DNA from: Alphaproteobacteria bacterium
Lineage (GTDB): Bacteria; Pseudomonadota; Alphaproteobacteria; MPNO01; UBA830
Direction: 5' to 3'
Length of the DNA stretch: 64,000 bases
Assembly: GCA_964291215.2 (NCBI GenBank)
Contig: OZ219791.1
Location: 868,593-932,592, forward strand
Positions 43,625 to 53,357 of the stretch are shown here, piece by piece (the first letter of the stretch is position 1; every line of letters starts with the position of its first letter). A model generated the notes under the pieces. That model was given only the letters and a program-made list of their open reading frames with translations, searched no databases and was not told the DNA's origin. The translations under genes were made by a program, and so were the position numbers.

Positions 43625-44154
43625 ATTTGACGCGGGCCTGAAGTTCCAAGGCGTGAGCTCATCGATCTGGCTGTTTGGATGGCCGGTGGCGATGGCATCG
43701 AGTGTGGCCTTCAGCCAGGCGTAGGGTTCGATGCCGTTCAGTTTCGCCGTCTCGATTAGCGATGCGTGCCCATGCGGCGGCGCCTTCATCGTGACCGGCG
43801 AAGAGTACGTTCTTGCGGTTCAGGGCGATCGGCCGGGCGAGCTTTTCCACGGCGTTGCTATCCATCTCGATGCGGCCGTCGATGAGGAAGAGCCGGAGGC
43901 CGTCCCATTGGCGGGCGATATAGGCGAGTTTCTCGCCGAGCCGGGACTTGGGCGAGACGCGGGCGCACTGCTGCTTCAGCCAGTCGCCGAAGGCCTCGAC
44001 CAAGGGCGCGCTGCAGCTTTGCCGTTCGGCGAGCCTCCGCTCGGGCGAGCTGCCGCGGATGTCGGCCTCGATGGCGTAGAGCTCGGCAATCCGGCGCAGG
44101 CCCTCGGCCGCGATCTCCGAGCCGCTGCTGTCGTGGATTTCGCGGAGCCGGCGC
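43625..44154 (-). pseudogene. Canonical IS66-family transposase (TnpC-type), C-terminal fragment, frameshifted
   Basis: The frames give SRLGEKLAYIARQWDGLRLFLIDGRIEMDSNAVE..RPIALNRKNVLFAGHDEGA and LIETAKLNGIEPYAWLKATLDAIATGHPNSQIDELTPWNF. The fragment is truncated at the IS1634-like end at 44155. Confidence 0.75.
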
Positions 44155-46003
44155 CTAGCCCGAAGTTCCAGCGTCGATCAAGTGCAAGTACCTGATATAA
44201 ATGACATTCGATGGATCTCAGAAGCGTCTGACTGGGTACACTACGGCTTCACGCCCAGGAGCTTGAGTGCCCTTCTCTGGAGCGGCGTGGGCCGCGTGGT
44301 GACTTGGAAGGGTTTGCCGTTCGCAGGGCCACGGTGTTGCGGGTGATGGTCGCGAGATCGCTGATGAGGGTGGAGAAGCTGTGCCATCCCCGGGCGTCCT
44401 CTTGGTTGCCGTCTTGGCCCGGGCGCTCGCCGAGACTTCTGCCGGCGCCACGACGGAAGACCGCCGGGCGCCTTCGGCATCCTCGTCGTCGAACAGCATG
44501 GGCTTCAGTCTCTGACGCATGTGCCATTCGACGTAGTAGGCGAGCATGCACAGGAAGACGTGAGCCCGGGGTTCGGTACGGTGGTAGACGGGACGGACCT
44601 TCAGATCCACGGTCTTCAGGCTGCGGAAGGCCCGTTCCACCGAACTCAACCGCTTGTAGGCGCGCACCGTGCCGGGACCGTCGAGCTCGCTCTGCGGCAG
44701 GCGGATCACGTAGAGGAGCCTGGCCTCGGCGGCGATGGCAGCCTCATCGCGCCCATAGGTGAAGACACCGTCGTCGTCGATGGACCACGTGAAGTGCTTC
44801 GCCATCTTGTACTTGCCGATGACCTTGCCGACCCTCTCCCCGATCTTCCCGGCACCCGGCACTTGTCGCGCCGTGTCGCTGCTGCGATCGGTTCAAGCAG
44901 GATCTCGGTAGCCTCAAGCAGTTCCTGGCGCTTGCGGGCCCGGTCCTCGGCCAGCAGGGGGTTGCGGCAGAGGCGTTCGCCGGGATACGCATCGCTGGTG
45001 ATCTCCACCAGGTCTCTCTCGTCGAAGAGCGACATCTCGACATCGCCGGCCTCCACAAGGGCGCGGATGGCCGGTCCCCTCAAGGCGCTGATCCAGTCCA
45101 GGCCCACAGGCTTCACCTCTTCGCGGGCCTCGGTCCCCCGGTCTCCCACCAGCACCAGCTTCGCAAAGGAGAAGCGCTCCTGCAGCGTGGTGATCTGTGA
45201 CGCACGGGGTCCGCCGTGTTGTCGGGGAACACTTCCACCGACAGCCGTCCCGATCGCACAGAAGGCCGACTGCAGCTTGCCCTTCTTGCCATCCCGGGAA
45301 TGACCCCGTTTGGCCAGGAAACACGCTCTCCCCTCCATCGACACTGAAGTCAGGAGCACCAGGCAGCCCTCTTCGAGGTGCCGCTTTGCCAGGGACCGCT
45401 CGATCCTCTCCTGACGCTCTAGGAGCCGGCGCCGTAGAGGGCGTCCTCGTCCAGCTCCGCATCGAGGATCTCGCCCAGGGTGCTGACCGCTGTCGCCAGC
45501 CCCCTGGCCAGCTTCGAGGCGGGCTCGAGGATGCGTGCCGCGATCATGGCCAAGACCTGATCGCGCGAGGGCTTCGGGTCGATCAGCCTGTCGAGACCGA
45601 TCTTCTTCAGAGTTCCCAGCACTGCGGCCACATGCCCATGGGGAAGGGAGCGGACGATGTCGAAGGCGTTGTTGAGATGTCGGACTGCTGTTCCTCCCTT
45701 GAGGAGGATGCGCAATCCCTCGACGAGAGCGGGGGACCACTTGGTGAGGTTGGCGATGGTGCGCTTCTTGACCTTTCCGTCTTCGCGACAGGACTCGCGG
45801 AGCAGGATGGCGGGCGGCGAGGACCGGTTGGGGACGGCTTCGATGTACATGGCTACCGTATATAGGCATGGTACTGCCACATGTCAAGCACAAAATGCAT
45901 CCGTACATGGGTACGTTGTGAAGCCCGCCAAATCCAACAAACCACGCAAGATCAATGAGTTGACGCGACTATCAGCTGAAAAACGTCCGGAACTTCGGCC
46001 TAG
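44155..46003 (-). mobile_element. IS1634-like (IS4-superfamily) element, copy 1: complete ends, frameshifted transposase
   Basis: Its terminal repeats are CTAGCCCGAAGTTCCAGCGTCGATCA (44155) and CTAGGCCGAAGTTCCGGACG (reverse complement, ending 46003). Transposase frames give MYIEAVPNRSSPPAILLRESCREDGKVKKRTIANL, KRGHSRDGKKGKLQ, VLVGDRG and RAYKRLSSVERAFRSLKTVDLKVRPVYHRTEPR..HVFLCMLAYYVEWHMR. Confidence 0.8.
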
Positions 46004-47696
46004 CCCGAAGTTCCCGCCGATTTCAGCAGAAAAATCACGACAACTGCTTGATTGTGTTGACAAAATAAGGCGATGATGATGTGAAAATTTTCCCATGTAA
46101 TGATGAGATTTTCCCTTGAAACAGCGAGCTTTAATCCCCATATACGTTGCCATGTGCGTAGACATCGTCCCCAACCGCAACTCGCCGTCCTCCTGCGCGA
46201 AGGATGGCGCGAAAACGGCAAGGTCAGAAAGCGCACCAATCTTTCCTCCTGGCCCATGGAAAAGGTCGAGACCCTGCGGCGCCTCTTGAAGAACGAACCC
46301 CTCGTCGGTCATGCCTTCGACATCGTCCGCTCCCTTCCCCATGTCGCCGCAGTGCTGGGAACCCTGAAGAAGCTGGACAGGCTGATCGATCCGAAGCCCT
46401 CGCGCGATCAGGTCCTGGTCATGATCGTGGCACGCATCCTCGAGCCGGCCTCGAAGCTGGCCAGGGGGCTGGCCACAGCGGTCTCCACCCTGGCCTCGAT
46501 GCGGAGATGGACGAGGATGCCCTCTACGGCTCCTGGAGCGTCAGGAGAGGATCCCCTGGCGGCGCCTCGAAGAGGGCTGCCTGGTGCTCCTGACTTCAGT
46601 GTCGATGGAGGGGTGTCCCCTGGCCAAACGGGGTCATTCCCGGGATGGCAAGAAGGGCAAGCTGCAGTCGGCCTTCTGTGCGATCGGGACGGCTGTCGGT
46701 GGAAGTGTTCCCCGGCAACACGGCGGACCCCGTGCGTCACAGATCACCACGCTGCAGGAGCGCTTCTCCTTGGCGAAGGTGGTGGGCGACCGGGGGACCG
46801 AGGCCCGCGAGGAGGTGAAGCCCGCAGGCCAGCGCCTTAAGGGGCATCCGCGCCCTTGTGGAGGCCGGCGATGTCGAGATGTCGCTCTTCGACGAGAGAG
46901 ACCTGGTGGAGATCACCAGCGATGCGTATCCCGGCGAACGCCTCTGCCGCAACCCCCTGCTGGACCGGGCCCGCAAGCGCCAGGAACTGCTCGAGGCCAC
47001 CGAGGTCCTGCCTGAACCGATCGCAGCAGCGACACGGCGCGACAAGCGCCGGGAAGATCGGGGAGAGGGTCGGCAAGGTCATCGGCAAGTACAAGATGGC
47101 GAAGCACTTCACGTGGTCCATCGACGACGACGGTGTCTTCACCTATGGGCGCGATGAGGCTGCCGCCGAGGCCAGGCTCCTCTACGTGATCCGCCTGCCG
47201 CAGAGCGAGCTCGACGGCACGGTGCGCGCCTACAAGCGGTTGAGTTCGGTGGAACGGGCCTTCCGCAGCCTCAAGACCGTGGATCTGAAGGTCCGTCCCG
47301 TCTACCACCGCCCCGGACCCACGTCTTCCTGTGCATGCTCGCCTATTACGTTGAATGGCACATGCGCCAGAAACTGAAGCCCATGCTGTTCGACGACGAG
47401 GATGCCGAAGGCGGTCTTCCGTCGTGGCGCCGGCAGAGGTCTCGGCGAGCGCCCGGGCCAAGGCGGCAACCAAGAGGACACCCGGGGGTGGCACAGCTTC
47501 TCCACCCTCATCGACGATCTCGCGACCATCACCCGCAACACCGTGGCGCCCCGCCTTGCGGGCGCCCCAACCCTTCCAGGTCACCACGCGGCCCACGCCG
47601 CTCCAGAAAAAGGCCCTGGACTACCTCGGTGTACGCTTGTAGCGTTCCCAGTAGCGACACACCCGATTTTTTCAAACGTCAATACATTCATAACGA
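46000..47696 (+). mobile_element. IS1634-like element, copy 2: head-to-head with copy 1, right end cut by IS66-like copy E
   Basis: The left repeat CTAGCCCGAAGTTCCCGCCGATTTCA begins at 46000 and shares the CTAG with copy 1. The coding content matches copy 1 but carries many frameshifts and small deletions. The terminal ~30 bp seen in copy 3 is missing. Confidence 0.78.
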
Positions 47697-49284
47697 GTAT
47701 CTACTCACCCCTTGTTGGGTTCTGATTCATAGTGCTCGTTGATGATGTCTGCGGCTTTTCCGTCGAGGGCGATCTGGGTGGCGACGAGTGGGTTGTAGCC
47801 GAGTGCCGCCATGGAGGTGAGGTAGCTTGAGCTCCGGCACCATGCTTTTGCGTGGAGCGGAAGCATCCGGGCACCTTGACCTTTGCCATCCTGATCTTCT
47901 GTTCTCCGGCATTGTTGGTGAAGCTGACGTTGGGGTCGTCTGTGAAGCGCAGGTTTTCGTGTTTCACGAGACGTTCGTGCAGGTTGTGCGCGTTTGCGTC
48001 CACGTTTTCCTTTCGGCGGCGGCGGGATATCGGGCAGTTCCCTGGCGCCCTGATGGTGCGGTAGCGCTTGCGCCCGGCGTCGTTCAGGGTTTTGGATGCG
48101 CTCTTGTTGACCTTGTGGCAGACCTCGCGGAGCAGGCTCTTCATCAGTCGCGCCCAGCGGTAGCCTCGACGACGAAGGTCAGTTCGCGCAGCAGGTGGCT
48201 ACCGCACAACTGGTGGCTACACTGGTCATAGCCCATGTACGAGGCCCAGCAATCGTGGACCAGGACGCCCTTGTAGCACGGGATGATGCCGATCTCTTGC
48301 CTCCCGGCCGCGCTTGCGGTGCGGGAACTTGCACGTCAGGGTCCCACGACATGGAGCCACTTACTGTTGATCCGAAATCCGGTCTCGTCGACATGCAGGG
48401 CCGGGCGTTGCAGGAGGTGCGCCACGGCGGCCTCCTCCCATGACACGAGCGCATCGTGAAAGCATAGCCGAGGCAGGTTGCCTCGGAGAGCTTGATGCCG
48501 GAGATCGCCTGCACGAACGCGACGGCACGGCGCAGGGACAGCATTTGGGCAACCAGCAGGTTGATGACGAGGGCCTGAATGCCGATGCCGTACTGCACGG
48601 GATGTTGTCGGGGAACCGGCCCTTGGTCCGGGCCTTGCACTTCGGGCATTCCTTGATCTCGGCGCGGCGCTCGACGACCTCGAACACGATGTCGTAGAGG
48701 ACGCGGCGCTCCCGATCGATGGGGCCGTCGATGTCGGCGCCGCAGGCGTCGCAGGCCGCGACCGTTTCCTCGACGATGGTCTTGCGCAGGTTGTCGCCCA
48801 TCTGCCGGTTCGGCTTCGGGCCCTTGCCGTTGCTTCCGGCACGCTCTTGTCCGTCTGTGACGGCGGCAGACCGGAGTTCCGGCTCGTGCGTGGTCTTCTC
48901 CAGAAGGACGACGATGAGGATGTCGAGCAGGATGACGAATACGCGGATGACGGCCTCTTCCGCCACCTTGCCGGCCGCACGCAGCGCCTTGGCCGCTTCG
49001 AACTCCTCGCGCGCCGCGTTGACCGTCGCCATCACCCGGCCTTGCGCTTCATCAGCGCGCCGCCTCCGAGATGCGTTTCCACATACAGATCATGCGGGGG
49101 CTGGAGCCCCGGAAGCAGCTGGCACAGCCCGCTCGTCGCCTTCGATCCAAAGTAGCCCACTGGCGGTCCCCGTCGTTCTCGATGACCACCACTAAACGAA
49201 TCGGCCTGCAGTGTCAAATCTCCACGAAAACCCGTTCGTTGCTCTACCCCGACATCAAGCCGGAACCAGGGGGTGAGCAGTTAC
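47697..49284 (-). mobile_element. IS66-like element, copy E: methyltransferase-deleted, transposase frameshifted; no target duplication
   Basis: Its ends are GTATCTACTCACCCC (47697) and GGGGTGAGCAGTTAC (49284). The flanks CATAACGA and CTGCCATG differ. The left flank is IS1634-like copy 2 and the right flank is an autotransporter 3' stub. Confidence 0.85.
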
Positions 49285-49373
49285 CTGCCATGCGCCGCGC
49301 AGCATGAGGCTGTCTTCGAGGCCCGGCCGGTGTGCGCCGGCCCTGCGCCGAGGCGGTGCCGCAGCAGGTTGGC
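49285..49373 (-). pseudogene. 3'-terminal stub of a third autotransporter-type gene copy
   Basis: GCGCCGCGCAGCATGAGGCTGTCTTCGAGGCCCGGCCGGTG.. closely matches 53360-53400, the region encoding ..EDSLMLRGALRW of the large copy. An internal deletion is present. The stub is cut by the end of IS66-like copy E. Confidence 0.6.
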
Positions 49374-50822
49374 TCAGGCGGTCAGGAAGTCCCTGTACTC
49401 CTCCATCGTCAGCACGTTGAAGTTGTCGGCCGACAGCATGTCGAAAGTCACGCCCTTGAGGATGATCTCGCTGCCTTCAAGCATCTTCGACGTGATCCTG
49501 ACGCCGCCCGCTTCGTAGTCGTCGACGACCTTCAGGTCGGAGATCTGGAGGAACAGCTGTCCGGGGTTCTCCGGGTCCATCGCCTGCGCCTTGGTCTGGG
49601 CCAGGAAGAGGATGGTGTCCTCCTCGACCGAGAAGTCGGTGATCACATCGGCGCCATCGCCCTGGCGGAAAAGGAACTGGTCGGCGCCCTTGCCGCCTTC
49701 CAACCGGTCGTCGCCTGTGCCGCCCACGAATTTATCGGCGCCGGCGCCACCGGAGAGGTAGTCGTCACCTGCTCCGCTGTAGAGCCTGTCATTGCCAGCA
49801 CCGCCGTAGAGTTCGTCGGCGCCAGCGCCGCCGAGGATCGTGTCGTTGCCCTCCGCGCCGTAGAGTTCGTCGTCGCCATCCTGGCTGTAGAGCCTGTCGT
49901 CGCCCTCCTGGCCGTAGAGCTTGTCGTCGCCTGCGCCGCCCTCGATCCTGTCGTTGCCCTCCCCGCCGTAGAGTTCGTCGTCGCCCTCTTCGCCGTAGAG
50001 CTCGTCGGCGCCATCCTGGCCCCGGAGCAAGTCGTCGCCATCGCCGCCGAAGAGCTTGTCGGCGCCACTGCCGCCGTAGAGTTCGTCGGCGCCATCCTGG
50101 CCGTAGAGTTCGTCGGCGCCATCCTGGCCGTAGAGCTTGTCGTCGCCTGCGCCGCCCTCGATCCTGTCGTCACCCTCTCCGCCGTAGAGCCTGTCGTTGC
50201 CATCGCTGCCGTAGAGCTTGTCGTCGCCCTCGCCGCCGTAGAGCCTGTCGTTGCCCTTTTCGCCGTAGAGCTTGTCGGCGCCCTCCCCGCCGTGGAGCTC
50301 GTCGTTGCCCTCGCCGCCGTGGAGCTCGTCGTCGCCTGCGATGCCCTCGATCCTGTCGTTGCCATTCCCGCCGTAGAGCCAGTCGTGACCCCCGCCGCCG
50401 TGGAGCTTGTCGTCGCCGTCCTGGCCCCAGAGCCTGTCGTCGCCATCGCCGCCGAGGAGCCTGTCGTTGCCGTCGCCGCCGTAGAGCCTGTCGCCGCCAT
50501 CGCCGCCGAGGAGCCTGTCGTTGCCGTCCTGGCCCCAGAGCCAGTCGTCACCCTTCCCGCCGTAGAGCCTGTCAGCGCCATCGCCGCCTTCGAGATAGTC
50601 AGCGCCGGCGAAGCCTTCGAGCTTGTCGTTGCCATCGCCGCCGAAGAGCTTGTCGGCGCCTGGGCCGCCGTAGAGTTGGTCGTTGCCCTCTTCGCCGTAG
50701 AGCAGGTTGTTGCCGCCGAGGCCGTAGAGTTCGTCGTTGCCGCCGCGGCCGAAGAGCCTGTCGTCGCCCGGGCCGCCGAACAGGCGGTCCTTGCCGCCGC
50801 CGCCAGTAATGTCTTGCGTCAT
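49374..50822 (-). CDS. RTX (hemolysin-type calcium-binding) repeat protein, almost entirely nonapeptide repeats, with a T1SS-type C-terminal domain
   Basis: This is an intact 482-aa ORF with the RBS AAGGAAGGGA upstream of ATG 50822. Roughly 40 consecutive GGxGxDxLx repeats start at residue ~6. The C-terminus GADQFLFRQGDGADVITDFSVEEDTILF... is shared with the neighbouring RTX gene. Confidence 0.88.
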   Translation of the reverse strand: MTQDITGGGGKDRLFGGPGDDRLFGRGGNDELYGLGGNNLLYGEEGNDQLYGGPGADKLFGGDGNDKLEGFAGADYLEGGDGADRLYGGKGDDWLWGQDGNDRLLGGDGGDRLYGGDGNDRLLGGDGDDRLWGQDGDDKLHGGGGHDWLYGGNGNDRIEGIAGDDELHGGEGNDELHGGEGADKLYGEKGNDRLYGGEGDDKLYGSDGNDRLYGGEGDDRIEGGAGDDKLYGQDGADELYGQDGADELYGGSGADKLFGGDGDDLLRGQDGADELYGEEGDDELYGGEGNDRIEGGAGDDKLYGQEGDDRLYSQDGDDELYGAEGNDTILGGAGADELYGGAGNDRLYSGAGDDYLSGGAGADKFVGGTGDDRLEGGKGADQFLFRQGDGADVITDFSVEEDTILFLAQTKAQAMDPENPGQLFLQISDLKVVDDYEAGGVRITSKMLEGSEIILKGVTFDMLSADNFNVLTMEEYRDFLTA

Positions 50823-50951
50823 GATGGTCCCTTCCTTTCAACGATTGTTCCCGAACGCATCCTGCCGCTCCTGATTGAATCGAGCTGGCCTGATTTCGGG
50901 GTATTGGTTTTCGGTTCCGCCTTGCGGTATCCCGGGACAGCCGGAAGCGGC

Positions 50952-53189
50952 TCAGCCGATGTCGAGGTGTTCGTTGTACTGATCGACCGTCAGGAAGCCG
51001 AAGTCGTCGGCCGTCAGCATCTCGGACGTCACGCCCCTGACGATGATCTCGTTGCCTGCGAGCTTGGCCGAGGTGATGACCACGCCGCCCGCCTCCTCGC
51101 TGTCGGTCAGCACCAGGTCGGAGAACGAAAGAAACTTCTTCTCGGTCCCGGCATTCGCCCCGGTCTGGGCCAGGAAGACGATCGTGTCGGTCCCGTCCTC
51201 GAAGTCGGTGATAACGTCCACACCGTCGCCCCGGCGGAACAGGAACTCGTCGGCGCCCTCGCCGCCACGCAGACGGTCGGCATCCCTGCCGCCCTCCAGA
51301 CGGTCGTTGCCGCCATTGCCGAACAGCCGGTCTTCGCCCGCGCCGCCGGCCAGCACATCGAGATCGCCCTCGCCGCCTTCCAGCCGGTCATTGCCGTCCC
51401 CGCCGTCCAGCGCATCGCTGCCGCGGCCGCCATACAGCATGTCGTCGCCATTGCCGCCATTGAGCGTGTCATCGCCGTCTTCGCCGTACAGCCGGTCGGC
51501 GCTCTTCCCGCCGTTCAGCGTGTCGCCGCCGGCGCCGCCGTGGAGGATGTCGTTGTTGTCATCCCCGAACAGGGAGTCGTCGCCGCTGTCGCCATACAGC
51601 GTGTCCTTGCCATTGCCGCCATACAGCGTGTCGTCGCCGCCGCGCCCGTAGAGCACGTCCGCCGCGCCCTTGCCGTCAATGGTGTCGTTGTCCTTGCCAC
51701 CGACGAGCATGTCCTTCCTGTTCGTGCCCTTGAGCGTCTTCCCGGCCTGCGGGTCCGGATACTCCTCGTTCGGGTCGAAGTCCCAGATGAAGTCGACCTT
51801 GTTCCTGAGCTCCTGCAACTGCTGGGCAGTGAGATCCTCGAAGCCCTGGAACCGGGCCAGCACCGTCTGCGAGTCGCCCGGGCCGGTGACAAGGTGCGTG
51901 GTCACATCGTTCGGGTCCGTGATGCTCCGGACAAACCGGACATCGTCCCACGAGGGTGAGGGTAGTCTTCGCCATTGCGTTATGCTGAACGGCAACCGGA
52001 TGTAGTCCTCCTCGACCTTGAAGTCCCCGATGATGTCAGCGGCCCCGTCGCTGCTCCGGCCCTCGCTGATCACGAAGATGTCCCGGCCGGCGCCGCCGTA
52101 GAGCACATCCCTGCCGTCGCCGCCATCGAGCCTGTCGTGGCCGTCGCCGCCGTAGAGCCCGTCGTCGCCGTCGCCGCCGTAGAGCAGGTCGTTGCCGCCG
52201 TCGCCGTCCAGCGAGTCCATGCCCGCACCGCCCCAAAGCGTGTCGTTGCCGTTGCCGCCTTGCAGCCGGTCGTCGCCGTCCCCGCCGCGGAGGGTATCGT
52301 TGCCGTTGCCGCCGACGAGAGCGTCGTCCCCCGCGCCGCCCTTGAGCGTGTCTTCGCCGCCATGGCCGTAGATATGGTCGGAATGCGCGGTGCCCTGAAT
52401 GGTGTTGCCATTGTGGTCGCCGTTGATCCAGTCCCCGCTCGCGGTCTCCAGGAACTCGTCAATCTTCCCTTTCGCCACCCTCACGGCTTCGGCGTCATCG
52501 GGATTGACTTCCTCCTCGAATTTGAGCTCGGCGAGTACCTTGTTGCCGAGCATGATCCGGAAGTGGGCATTCCCGTAATGGCCGTCGGGGTGGTGGACAA
52601 TGGTGAGCTCCGCCCCGTCCCGGATACCGGTCACGTAGATGTAGTCGTACCAATTCCGGAAGTCCTCGATATAGACATAGCTGTCGGGGTTGAGGATGAA
52701 GTGGTCGCCGCCATGGCCGCCATGGAGGAGGCTTCCCTGCGGATCCCCGGCCTGGTTGGAGATCGGCCCCCGGCCAAGCGTCGCGTCGGTCAGCGCGCCG
52801 GTGCCGTCGTCCTGCCGGTTGCTCGCCTTGAGCTTGCCCGCGATCAGGAAGTCGTTGTGGGAGCCGCCGTAGAGGCGGTCGGCGATCTGGTCCTTCTGGT
52901 TCCCGACCAGGATGTCGTTGCCCCAGCCGCCGCGCAGGGTGTTCGGTCCGTTGCCGCCTTCGAGATAGTCGCGCCCGCCACCGCCGTGTGCGTCGCTGCC
53001 GCCGCCGGAATCCTTGAACCAGTCATTGCCCTTCTGTCCGATGAAGGTGTCCTTGCCTGCCCCTCCGATAACGTTCATCGGGCCTTCGTAGGGACTTCCG
53101 CCCTCCCCGCGCCTGGCCTCGTATCGGTTTTCTCCGGTATCCCGGGATCGATCCACCGTCTCTTCGCTGTCGATATAATGAGTTGCCAT
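50952..53189 (-). CDS. RTX repeat protein with two repeat blocks and a unique N-terminal region
   Basis: This is an intact 745-aa ORF with the RBS GAGGAGAG upstream of ATG 53189. RTX blocks cover about residues 280-350 and 500-640. Each block is followed by a cap motif (RDIFVISEG..AADIIGDFKVEEDYIRL; ADEFLFRRGDGVDVITDFEDGTDTIVF). The last ~90 aa are paralogous to the 482-aa protein. Confidence 0.88.
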   Translation of the reverse strand: MATHYIDSEETVDRSRDTGENRYEARRGEGGSPYEGPMNVIGGAGKDTFIGQKGNDWFKDSGGGSDAHGGGGRDYLEGGNGPNTLRGGWGNDILVGNQKDQIADRLYGGSHNDFLIAGKLKASNRQDDGTGALTDATLGRGPISNQAGDPQGSLLHGGHGGDHFILNPDSYVYIEDFRNWYDYIYVTGIRDGAELTIVHHPDGHYGNAHFRIMLGNKVLAELKFEEEVNPDDAEAVRVAKGKIDEFLETASGDWINGDHNGNTIQGTAHSDHIYGHGGEDTLKGGAGDDALVGGNGNDTLRGGDGDDRLQGGNGNDTLWGGAGMDSLDGDGGNDLLYGGDGDDGLYGGDGHDRLDGGDGRDVLYGGAGRDIFVISEGRSSDGAADIIGDFKVEEDYIRLPFSITQWRRLPSPSWDDVRFVRSITDPNDVTTHLVTGPGDSQTVLARFQGFEDLTAQQLQELRNKVDFIWDFDPNEEYPDPQAGKTLKGTNRKDMLVGGKDNDTIDGKGAADVLYGRGGDDTLYGGNGKDTLYGDSGDDSLFGDDNNDILHGGAGGDTLNGGKSADRLYGEDGDDTLNGGNGDDMLYGGRGSDALDGGDGNDRLEGGEGDLDVLAGGAGEDRLFGNGGNDRLEGGRDADRLRGGEGADEFLFRRGDGVDVITDFEDGTDTIVFLAQTGANAGTEKKFLSFSDLVLTDSEEAGGVVITSAKLAGNEIIVRGVTSEMLTADDFGFLTVDQYNEHLDIG

Positions 53190-53234
53190 GACGATCTCTC
53201 CTCAAGGCCAAGTGAACAATGTCCTTGACAATAC

Positions 53235-53249
53235 CGGGGGGGGGGGGGG
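53235..53249. repeat. G15 homopolymer tract (poly-C on the coding strand), 46-60 nt upstream of the RTX gene start
   Basis: By my count there are 15 consecutive G on the plus strand. On the minus strand the tract is followed by GGTATTGTCAAGGACATTGTTCACTTGGCCTTGAGGAGAGATCGTCATG. Confidence 0.9.
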
Positions 53250-53357
53250 AAGTCAACACATGGAATACGGCCTTGCCGAGAGCGGCGCGGCCTCCCTGTC
53301 ACGGCCGGGGCGGCGGCCCCTGTCCTGCGCCATCGGCAGGACACGCCGGGTGTTTTC

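Noticed and set aside
49650-50800. A periodic 27-nt DNA repeat that could be mistaken for a CRISPR or tandem-repeat array
   Set aside because: The periodicity is the 9-codon RTX repeat inside a continuous ORF. The units are diverged, and there is no repeat-spacer structure.
49332-51959. An 875-aa plus-strand ORF, the longest in the region
   Set aside because: It is the antisense reading of the two RTX genes. Its product is a low-complexity V/A/E repeat generated by the complement of the GGxGxD codons. It spans the intergenic gap between two well-supported minus-strand genes that have good ribosome-binding sites.
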